Shown here piece by piece: positions 56,268 through 64,000 of a stretch of 64,000 nt of DNA. Position numbers and translations under genes: made by a program. Below the pieces are notes generated by a model that was given only the letters and a program-made list of their open reading frames with translations, made no database searches and was not told where the DNA came from. Positions within the stretch are counted from its first letter, which is position 1. Every line of letters starts with the position of its first letter. The stretch is from an uncultured Gemmatimonadales bacterium (GTDB lineage Bacteria > Gemmatimonadota > Gemmatimonadetes > Gemmatimonadales > GWC2-71-9): contig CAVVKJ010000014.1 in NCBI GenBank assembly GCA_963748815.1, positions 64,001 through 128,000 on the forward strand, given 5' to 3'.

Positions 56268-57910
56268 ATGCGCGCACTCCCCTTCCTCTTGAGCCTCGCC
56301 ACCGCTTCTGTCCTTGGGGCACAGCAGGCCGCCCCGTCCGGGGCAGGGTCGTCGCTCGTGCCCGAGACGGATCATGTCCGGCGCCGACTCTGCCGTGCTG
56401 TCGGTTGGGAATCGCACCATCTTTGTGTTTCGTGCCGGCTTCGGCGCGCTTGGCCCCCGCGACCGGGCCGAGATGGCGCTGATGCGCATCAAGCGCTCGC
56501 AGCATGCGGGAGACGATTCCCTGCGATTCGTTCCCGACACGCTCGGCGCCATCATCATGGTCAACGACGCGCCGGTGTTCGTCGTGACGCCGCAGGACCT
56601 GCCCGTCAGCGATTCGCTCACGCCGGAGGTCGTGGCGCTCCAGGTCATCACCCAGCTCCGGGACGGGTTGGGCGCCGCCGAAGAGGCTCTCAACCTCAAG
56701 GCACTCGCCATCGGGGCGGCCTCGGTCGTTGCGGCGACCGCTCTGTTGCTCTTCCTGCTCCGCATGATGGGCCGAGGTCGCCGCTGGCTGCTCGATCTGT
56801 CGGCCAGAAAGCTGCCGGAGCTCAAGGTGCGGGGGGTGGAACTCCTCGCGCCGCCCGGCCTGCGCCGTGGCATTCACATGACGCTCGGCGTGCTCTTCTG
56901 GACGGTCGGCCTCCTGCTCACCTACGGCTGGATCACTTTTTCCCTGACACGCTTCGCCTACACGCGGCCCTGGGGGCTGCTGTTCGGCGGCTTCCTTGCC
57001 ACCACGGCTGCCAGCATCGGACTGGCCATCCTCCATTCGATCCCCAACCTCATCACCATCGGGCTGATCTTCTTGGCGGCACGGGGAATCCTAGTGCTGC
57101 TGAACCGCCTGTTCGACGCCGTGGAGGAGGGCCGGATCAGCGTCCTCGGTCTCCATCCGGACACGGTCGGTGCGACGAGGCGCATCGTCACGGCCATCGT
57201 CTGGATGTTCGCCCTCGCCTCGGCCTACCCGCTCATTCCGGGTGCCACGTCGGATTCGTTCAAGGGCATCTCCGTGCTGGTGGGTGTGCTGGTCACGTTC
57301 GGTTCGGCAGGACTCGTCGGCCAGGCGATGAGCGGCTTGCTGCTGATGTACGCGCGGGGCTATCAAGGTGGGCGACTTTATCCAGGCGGGAACGACGGAA
57401 GGGGTCGTCGTCGAACTCGGCCTGCTGTCCACCCGGATCCGGAATGGAGCCAACGAGTTCATCCTGGTGCCCAACAGCACGATGGTCAGCGGGTCGATCG
57501 TGGACTACAGCGCCGCGGGGCGCGAGGGCCGGTCGCTGTTCGTGCGGGCGTCCGTGACCATCGGGTACGACACGCCGTGGCGGCGCATCCACGACCTGCT
57601 CGAGGCCGCCGGGGCCAAGCTGGAGGGGGCGCTGAAGACGCCCGCGCCGTTCGTGCTGCAGCGGGCGCTGAACGACTTCTACGTGCACTACGAGGTGTTC
57701 GTGCCGATCGACTCCGAGCAGGCGGTCCTCCTGCCTCGGCTGCGGAGCAGCCTCCACTCGCTGATCCAGGACACCTTCTGGGAGGCGGGCCAGGAAATCA
57801 CCTCGCCCCACTTCTACGCGCTCCGGGACGGGAACACCGTCACCATCCCGCCCGAGTTCCGGCCGAAGGAGCCGGCGCCGTCGTTCCGGGTGGACGTCAA
57901 CCCGACGTAG
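56268..57910 (+). CDS. MscS-family mechanosensitive channel with N-terminal periplasmic extension; +1 frameshifts at ~56370 and ~57364
   Basis: TM region (YPLIPGATSDSFKGISVLVG), then KVGDFI..EGVVVELGLLSTRIR..VPNS, VTIGYDTPW, LNDFYVHYE; TTGCCC-N17-TAGCCT upstream. Confidence 0.88.
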
Positions 57911-57930
57911 CGATTGGAAAGCCTGGTGTC

Positions 57931-57966
57931 GCGGGGCGTCTTCTTCGGGGGGCGCCCCGTTCGTTT
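57931..57966 (+). terminator. Intrinsic terminator after mscS
   Basis: GCGGGGCGTCTTC-TTCG-GGGGGCGCCCCGT (UUCG tetraloop) followed by TCGTTT. Confidence 0.65.
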
Positions 57967-58028
57967 GTGCCCACCCGCGGCGCGCCGAGTACCTCGGGGG
58001 TGTCGCAACCTCCCATCCTCGATCGAAT

Positions 58029-58067
58029 GAAACGCGGGAAACTCGGAAGGGAGGGAGGCGACGGAAG
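58029..58067 (+). repeat. Left arm of the inverted repeat flanking GxxExxY
   Basis: GAAACGCGGGAAACTCGGAAGGGAGGGAGGCGACGGAAG, imperfect reverse complement of 58466-58503. Confidence 0.75.
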
Positions 58068-58078
58068 GCGCTAGGTGG

Positions 58079-58462
58079 GTGCCTCTTGAACACGAAGTGG
58101 CAACCGGGCGGGTGATCGGGGCGGCGATCGCCGTCCACCGTGAGCTCGGGCCTGGCTTCGTCGAGTCCGTCTACCATCGCGCGATGACCCTTGAACTGCA
58201 CCGGCTCGGGGTCCCCTTTTCCAGTGAAGTGGAATGCGAGATCCAGTATCGCGGTGTTACCGTGGGAAGGCACCGGTTCGACCTGGTCGCGAAGGGCGGC
58301 ATCCTCGTTGAGCTCAAGGCTGTTCAGTCCCTGGACGCTGTCCACTTCGCCCAGGTGCGTTCCTATCTTGAGGCCTCCCGACTACCGGTGGGGCTCCTGC
58401 TGAACTTCGCCGCTTCTACCTTGGTAGTCCGGCGAGTCGAAGCCCGCCGCCGCACACCGTAG
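58079..58462 (+). CDS. GxxExxY protein (PD-(D/E)XK nuclease-like)
   Basis: IGAAIAVHRELGPGFVESVY, RFDLV..LVELKA, QVRSYL, GLLLNF. Confidence 0.92.
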   Translation: MPLEHEVATGRVIGAAIAVHRELGPGFVESVYHRAMTLELHRLGVPFSSEVECEIQYRGVTVGRHRFDLVAKGGILVELKAVQSLDAVHFAQVRSYLEASRLPVGLLLNFAASTLVVRRVEARRRTP

Positions 58463-58465
58463 GGA

Positions 58466-58503
58466 CTTCCGCGTTTCCACTCCTTCCGCGTTTCCCGCGT
58501 CTC
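58466..58503 (-). repeat. Right arm of the inverted repeat flanking GxxExxY
   Basis: CTTCCGCGTTTCCACTCCTTCCGCGTTTCCCGCGTCTC. Confidence 0.75.
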
Positions 58504-58584
58504 CCTCTCCAGCGCGCAGAATCATGCCCGAGTGTCGCGTCCGCTGGATGACGGCGTGCCCCGCCAGGGGTGCTAGTGTGTCCC

Positions 58585-58992
58585 ATGACCACCCGCCGAT
58601 TCATCCCGACCCGCGAATGGGAAGACGCGCGCCAGCTCCGTGGCCTGGCCGGGGAGCACGCCGCCATCGCGTTCCTCACCTCCTGTGGCTGGTCGGTGGA
58701 GGCGCACCGCTTCAAGCTCGGTCGCCACGACCTGGACCTGATCATCCGACGGGGCCCGATCGTCGCCTTCGTCGAGGTGAAGACCCGCCGCTCGACCACC
58801 TTCGGGCTGGGGGCCGAGGCGGTGGGCTGGCGAAAGCAGCGGACACTGAGCCGCGTGGCCGAACTCTGGCGGCTCCGCTACGGTCGCCCCGGCGATACCT
58901 ATCGCTTTGACCTGGTGTCGGTTACGGATGCCGGGAACGGCAGAATGGAGGTTGACCATTTGGAGGATGCGTGGCGCCTGGACCGCCGATAG
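58585..58992 (+). CDS. yraN: YraN family (UPF0102) putative endonuclease
   Basis: GLAGEHAA, DLDLI, FVEVKTR, EAV..RKQ, RFDLV. Confidence 0.9.
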   Translation: MTTRRFIPTREWEDARQLRGLAGEHAAIAFLTSCGWSVEAHRFKLGRHDLDLIIRRGPIVAFVEVKTRRSTTFGLGAEAVGWRKQRTLSRVAELWRLRYGRPGDTYRFDLVSVTDAGNGRMEVDHLEDAWRLDRR

Positions 58993-59038
58993 GGCCGATG
59001 TGTATCAAAGTGACTCAAAATAAGCCACATTTTGCCTA

Positions 59039-59088
59039 TTGCTTCGGCGCCTGTTCGGTAGTATTGTTGTCCGTGATTCAGTGAATCA
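59039..59088 (+). promoter_or_regulatory. recA promoter with candidate operators
   Basis: TTGCTT-N17-TATTGT (59039-59067); TTCGG-N6-TTCGG repeat across the -35 end and spacer; palindrome TGATTCA-G-TGAATCA at 59074-59088. Confidence 0.6.
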
Positions 59089-59123
59089 AAATCATCCATT
59101 TCCACATCTGGAGCGCGAGCCAC

Positions 59124-60212
59124 ATGGCCAACGACGACAAGAAGCAGGACAAGCACGAAGGTGAACGCCGCAAGGCCCTGAACCTCGCCATCTCCCAGAT
59201 CGAAAAGCAGTTGGGGAAGGGGTCCATCATGCGGATGGGTTCGGAGTCCCCCCGGGTCAAGATCGCCGCCATCTCCACCGGGGCCATCAACCTCGACGCC
59301 GCCACCGGCGTGGGTGGCATCCCCCGCGGGCGCATCACCGAAATCTACGGCCCCGAGTCGTCCGGCAAGACGACGCTCTGTCTCCACCTCGCCGCCAATG
59401 TCCAGAAGACCGGCGGGGTGGCGGCCTACGTGGACGCCGAGCATGCGCTGGATGTCGATTACGCGAGGAAGCTCGGGGTCGACATCGACAATCTGCTGGT
59501 GTCACAGCCGGACACCGGTGAGCAGGCGCTCGAAATCGTGGAAATCCTGGTCCGCTCGGGGGCGGTGGATCTCATCATCATCGACTCGGTGGCGGCGCTG
59601 GTGCCCAAGGCCGAAATCGAAGGCGAAATGGGCGACAGCCACATGGGCCTCCAGGCCCGCCTCATGAGCCAGGCGCTTCGGAAGCTGGCCGGCGGCATCA
59701 ACCGCTCGAGCTGCTCCGTGGTCTTCATCAACCAGCTGCGCGAAAAGATCGGCGTCATGTTCGGCAATCCCGAGACCACCACGGGCGGCAAGGCGCTGAA
59801 GTTCTACGCCTCGCTCCGGCTCGACATCCGGCGCATCGGTCCGGTCAAGGAGCGCGAGGCCGTCATCGGCAACCACGTCCGCGTGAAGGTCGTCAAGAAC
59901 AAGGTCGCCCCGCCGTTCAAGCAGGCCGAATTCGACATCATGTTCGACGAGGGAATCAGCCACACCTCCCTCCTGGTCGACATCGCTTCCGAGGCCAACA
60001 TCATCCAGAAGTCGGGCGCCTGGTATTCCTACGGCGACCAGCGGATCGGGCAGGGCCGAGAAAACGCGAAGCTCTTCCTCCGCGACAACGAGGCGCTGAT
60101 GCTCGAGATCGAGACCAAGGTCAAGGACCTGCTCGGCATGGGTGCCGCCGGCGCGGTGGCGGCCGTGGGGGTCGGTGCCGACACGGACGACGAGGAACCG
60201 GACGATGAATAG
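59124..60212 (+). CDS. recA: Recombinase A
   Basis: [58 protein letters not shown]. Confidence 0.98.
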   Translation: MANDDKKQDKHEGERRKALNLAISQIEKQLGKGSIMRMGSESPRVKIAAISTGAINLDAATGVGGIPRGRITEIYGPESSGKTTLCLHLAANVQKTGGVAAYVDAEHALDVDYARKLGVDIDNLLVSQPDTGEQALEIVEILVRSGAVDLIIIDSVAALVPKAEIEGEMGDSHMGLQARLMSQALRKLAGGINRSSCSVVFINQLREKIGVMFGNPETTTGGKALKFYASLRLDIRRIGPVKEREAVIGNHVRVKVVKNKVAPPFKQAEFDIMFDEGISHTSLLVDIASEANIIQKSGAWYSYGDQRIGQGRENAKLFLRDNEALMLEIETKVKDLLGMGAAGAVAAVGVGADTDDEEPDDE

Positions 60213-60855
60213 CCCCCTTCCGCGGGTCGTCACGGCCATCGAGCCGGACCCGCGGAAGCCGGGTGTCCTGCGGGTGCACGTCGACGGCCGCCCCTACTGC
60301 GCCGTTCCCGCCTCCGCGCTCGGTCGGGCGGAGGTGGCACCTGGCACGCAACTCACGCCGGAACGACTCGACCGGCTGGGGGAGCTTGCCGACGAGGAGG
60401 GGGCCTTCCGGACCCTCCTCCGGGCCCTCGAGCGCCGCTCCTACGCCCGACGGGACCTCGGAAGACGGTTGACCCGGAAAGGGCATCGCCCCAGTGCGGT
60501 GGAGGCGGCGCTGGAGCGGGCGTCCGGACTCGGCCTCCTCGATGATGCCGGATACGCCCTCAACTACGTCGAGACCCGTGCCGCCCGGGGGAGGGGGCCC
60601 GCACGGCTGGCGCGCGACCTGATGGCCATGGGGGTGGAACGCCGCCACATCGACGCCGCCATCGCCGCCCACTGGCCCCCCGACGCGGACCGGTCGGCCA
60701 TGCCGAGGGCGCTGGCCGCCCGCCGGGCCCGGCAGCTCGGCGCACTCCCCCGCGAGGCCAAGCGGCGCCGCCTGACCGCCTACCTGGCGCGGCGCGGCTT
60801 CACCGGGTCCGACGTCCGCCAGGCCATCCAGGAGGCCCTCGCCATCCCATCCTGA
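60205..60855 (+). CDS. recX: RecX regulatory protein
   Basis: [34 protein letters not shown]; directly after recA. Confidence 0.88.
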   Translation: MNSPLPRVVTAIEPDPRKPGVLRVHVDGRPYCAVPASALGRAEVAPGTQLTPERLDRLGELADEEGAFRTLLRALERRSYARRDLGRRLTRKGHRPSAVEAALERASGLGLLDDAGYALNYVETRAARGRGPARLARDLMAMGVERRHIDAAIAAHWPPDADRSAMPRALAARRARQLGALPREAKRRRLTAYLARRGFTGSDVRQAIQEALAIPS

Positions 60856-60887
60856 TGGGCGCCCCATTCCCGGCTTATATTTGGCGG

Positions 60888-63530
60888 ATGCATGCCTCCG
60901 AGATCCGCCGCCGCTTCATCGAGTATTTTGAGCGCCAGGGACACCAGCCGGTGCCCTCGTCCTCCCTCCTCCCCGCCGACGACCCGACGCTGCTCTTCAC
61001 CAACGCCGGGATGAACCAGTTCAAGCGGACCTTCCTCGGCGTCGAGCCGCGGACGTACCAGCGCGCGGTGACCTGCCAGAAGGTCGTCCGCGCCGGTGGC
61101 AAGCACAACGACCTCGAACAGGTGGGCCACACCAAGCGACACCACACCTTTTTCGAGATGCTCGGCAATTTTTCCTTCGGAGATTACTTCAAGCGCGACG
61201 CGATCCGGTTCGCCTGGGAGTTCGTCACCAGTCCCGACTGGCTCGGCATCCCGCCGGGGCGGCTCTGGGTCACGGTCCACGAGAGTGACGCCGAGGCGCT
61301 CGCGCTCTGGAAGGAGATTTCGGGGCTTCCCGACGACCGGCTCTTCGGTCTCGGCGACAAGGATAACTTCTGGCAAATGGGCGACACCGGGCCGTGCGGG
61401 CCCTGTTCCGAGATCTACGTCGATATCGGCGGGGCAGCGGGGCAGCAGGGCAGTGGGGCGGCGCTGTCACGCGCCGAGTTCGAGGAGCAGGCCGAAGCCG
61501 GGCGATTCCTCGAAATCTGGAACCTCGTCTTCATGCAGTTCGACCGGAGCGCGGACGGCACACTGACGCCGCTGCCGAAGCCGTCGGTGGACACCGGCGC
61601 CGGCCTCGAGCGGATCGCCGCGGTGCTGCAGGGCGAAGAGTCCAACTTTCACACCGATCTCTTTCTGCCGCTGCTCGAGGCGGTGGCGGGACTCGTCGGC
61701 CAGCCCTACGACCGCGGGCCCGCGGGCGCCTCGTACCGCGTCCTGGCCGATCACGCGCGCGCGGTGACCTTCCTCCTGGCCGACGGCGTCGTGCCCTCCA
61801 ACGAGGGGCGCGGGTACGTCCTCCGCCGGATCCTGCGGCGCGCGGTACGGCACGCCTGGCTGCTCGGCCGAAAAGAGCCGACGCTGGCGCCGCTGACCGA
61901 CCTGGTGGTCCGCGAAATGAGCCCGGCCTATCCCGATCTTCGCGACAAGGCGGCCTCGATCCGGCAGTGGACCCTCACCGAGGAACAGCGCTTTCTCGAG
62001 ACGATCGAGGGTGGGCTCAAGCGAATGGACGAGCTCCTCGCCAGCGGCCTGACGGTCATTCCCGGCGACGAGGCCTTCAAGCTCTACGACACCTACGGCT
62101 TCCCGATCGACCTCACGATGATCATCGCGGAGGAGCGGGGCGCGTCGGTGGACCTCGCGGGATTCGAAGCGGCACTCGACGCGCAGCGGAAGCGGTCGCG
62201 CGAGGATCGCGTCGCGGTCGCTGGCGTCATTCGTGGCGGGCCGGCGGTTCTCACCGGGGCAATCGGCTTCCGTGAGATCAAGAAGGGTGAGCAGGAATTC
62301 GTCGGGTACCGGCACGACGCCGCCGACACCGAGATCCTGGCCTTCCGGCAGGATCCCGACGCCCAGCGGGTGGAACTGCTGCTCAGGGAGAATCCCTTCT
62401 ACGCGGAGTCCGGCGGTCAAGTGAGCGACACCGGCTTCGTCCGGGGGCAGGGCTGGGTCATGCCCGTCGACCAGGTGCGGAAGGGGGAGCGGGGGACGAT
62501 CGTCGGGGGCGCCTTCCGCGACACCTTCGAGCCGACCAGCGTCTTCGGCTCGGTGGATGTGGCCCGCCGGCGGAACATCGAACGGAATCACAGCGCCACC
62601 CATCTCGTGCACGCGGCGCTGCGCAAGTATCTCGGCACGCACGTCCACCAGCAGGGCTCGCTGGTGGACGACGGGCGGCTCCGGTTCGACTTTTCGCATC
62701 ACGGCCCCATCGAGCCGGACGTGCTCCAGCAGATCGAGCGCGAAGTCAACGCGCAGATCTGGGACAACGATCCCGTCACGACCAGGGAGATGGCCTATGC
62801 CGACGCGCTGGCGCTCGGCGCGATGGCGCTCTTCTCGGAAAAGTACGGCGACGTGGTGCGAGTCGTCTCGATGGGGGAGGCGTCCATCGAACTCTGCGGG
62901 GGGACCCACGTCCGGAGCACCGGCCAGATCGGGCTCTTCCAATTCGCGTCACAGGGCGGCGTCGCGGCGGGGGTGCGGCGCATCGAGGCGGTGACCGGTC
63001 CCGAGGCGTACACGCTCGTGGAGTCGCTCCAGGCGCAGATCGCCGGCGCGGCATCGGCCCTCAAGGCCCAGCCCGACCATCTGCTGCGCAAGCTGGAGCA
63101 GCTGATCGAGGAGCGCGAACGCCTGCACACCCGCGTCAACGAGCTCCTCCGCGGCGGCGCGGCGGCGCCGGCCGAGGGCACGACGCTCGACATTGGCGGG
63201 GTGGCGGTCACGCTCGGCGACACCGAGGTGGAGAATCGCGAGGAAGTCCTGGCGCTGGTCGACGGATTCCGGACCGGACAGTCGAACGCCGTGCTGGTGC
63301 TCTTCGGCACCGCCGGGCGCGGGGCGGTCCATGTGGCCGTCACCGACGACCTGGTCAAGGCCGGGCGCAAGGCGGGCGATCTGGCGGGCCGCATCGCGGC
63401 GGTGAGCGGCGGCAAGGGGGGCGGCCGGCCGCAGTTCGCCTCCGCCGGGGCGGGCGATGTGGCGCGCCTGCCCGAAGCCCGCGCCGGGGCGCCGGCGATC
63501 ATTGCTGCCTGGCTCCGTGGAGACCAATGA
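60888..63530 (+). CDS. alaS: Alanine--tRNA ligase
   Basis: DPTLLFTNAGMNQFK, HHTFFEMLGNFSFGDYFK, GPCGPCSEI, HSATH, ELCGGTHV, GGKGGG. Confidence 0.98.
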   Translation: MHASEIRRRFIEYFERQGHQPVPSSSLLPADDPTLLFTNAGMNQFKRTFLGVEPRTYQRAVTCQKVVRAGGKHNDLEQVGHTKRHHTFFEMLGNFSFGDYFKRDAIRFAWEFVTSPDWLGIPPGRLWVTVHESDAEALALWKEISGLPDDRLFGLGDKDNFWQMGDTGPCGPCSEIYVDIGGAAGQQGSGAALSRAEFEEQAEAGRFLEIWNLVFMQFDRSADGTLTPLPKPSVDTGAGLERIAAVLQGEESNFHTDLFLPLLEAVAGLVGQPYDRGPAGASYRVLADHARAVTFLLADGVVPSNEGRGYVLRRILRRAVRHAWLLGRKEPTLAPLTDLVVREMSPAYPDLRDKAASIRQWTLTEEQRFLETIEGGLKRMDELLASGLTVIPGDEAFKLYDTYGFPIDLTMIIAEERGASVDLAGFEAALDAQRKRSREDRVAVAGVIRGGPAVLTGAIGFREIKKGEQEFVGYRHDAADTEILAFRQDPDAQRVELLLRENPFYAESGGQVSDTGFVRGQGWVMPVDQVRKGERGTIVGGAFRDTFEPTSVFGSVDVARRRNIERNHSATHLVHAALRKYLGTHVHQQGSLVDDGRLRFDFSHHGPIEPDVLQQIEREVNAQIWDNDPVTTREMAYADALALGAMALFSEKYGDVVRVVSMGEASIELCGGTHVRSTGQIGLFQFASQGGVAAGVRRIEAVTGPEAYTLVESLQAQIAGAASALKAQPDHLLRKLEQLIEERERLHTRVNELLRGGAAAPAEGTTLDIGGVAVTLGDTEVENREEVLALVDGFRTGQSNAVLVLFGTAGRGAVHVAVTDDLVKAGRKAGDLAGRIAAVSGGKGGGRPQFASAGAGDVARLPEARAGAPAIIAAWLRGDQ

Positions 63531-63826
63531 CCGACGCCGCCACCTGGTTCGCTGAACATGCCGTCGGTGCGCCGGCGGCGCTTCGCGCCAGTGCGGCGGG
63601 CTACCTTGCGCACGCCACCTCCGGTGGGAGTGTGGGATCGCAACTGACCGAGGCGGCGACGCTCGCCCTGCGCGATGCGAGTGGGCAGGACCGGTCCCGG
63701 GCCGCGGCGCTTGCCCTCCTCACCGCCGATAGCCTCATCACTCTGGCGCTGCTCGCGGAGGCGGAGGCAAATCCCGCCGGCCTCGAGCGCTTCGCCTCCG
63801 ACATCGTGGGTAGCGCGGCCGCGTGA
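63527..63826 (+). CDS. Small Ala-rich hypothetical protein
   Basis: 99-aa ORF coupled to alaS (ATGA) and to the next gene (GTGA); ALALLTADSLITLA segment. Confidence 0.6.
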   Translation: MTDAATWFAEHAVGAPAALRASAAGYLAHATSGGSVGSQLTEAATLALRDASGQDRSRAAALALLTADSLITLALLAEAEANPAGLERFASDIVGSAAA

Positions 63827-64000
63827 TCGACCTGCACAACCACCTCCTCCCCGGCGTGGACGACGGCGCGCGCAGCGTCGCGCAGGCGCTGCGGGTGCTG
63901 GGGGCGTTCGCCGACCAGGGCGTGGCGGCGGTATGCCTGACCCCGCACCTGCTGGCCAGCGATGCCGCCGGCGGTCGACCGGCCGATCACGACCTGGCGT
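63823..64000 (+). CDS. CpsB/CapC-type PHP-family tyrosine phosphatase (3'-partial)
   Basis: GTG start reads MIDLHNHLLPGVDDGA..CLTPH. Runs off the window and is absent from the ORF track. Confidence 0.85.
   Translation, partial: MIDLHNHLLPGVDDGARSVAQALRVLGAFADQGVAAVCLTPHLLASDAAGGRPADHDLA

Overview
A roughly 70% GC (estimated by eye) bacterial chromosomal segment, most likely Gemmatimonadota. That call is an inference from the membrane Ser/Thr kinase architecture, the FCB-type inserts in SecA and the gene order. It is mostly core genes on the + strand: carB-murB-wbpD/wbpE/wbpA-ugd-TPR-bamD-nadD-secA-radC-relA; uvrB-tsaE-tsaB-rimI-ssb; LysM-epimerase-tolQRAB-pal-cpoB-tatC::lptD; hutH; two large acidic TPR proteins; ispB; tatA; a PpiD-like gene; aroQ-pepP-accB-pilT-accC-comB-ftsK-mscS; GxxExxY; yraN; recA-recX-alaS. 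I saw no rRNA, tRNA, CRISPR array or transposase. Eighteen frameshifts, all +1, interrupt essential genes and look like consensus artefacts from mixed strains. Main leads: (1) a TatC::LptD in-frame fusion with an internal cleavable signal peptide; (2) a GxxExxY nuclease-fold gene enclosed by a ~38-nt inverted repeat; (3) an accessory cassette of a membrane kinase plus a 14-Cys lipoprotein built from two copies of an unrecognised domain; (4) a direct-repeat motif shared by the recA and uvrB promoters (candidate LexA box); (5) pilT wedged between accB and accC, near SgmX-like and TsaP-like genes; (6) probable leaderless transcripts.
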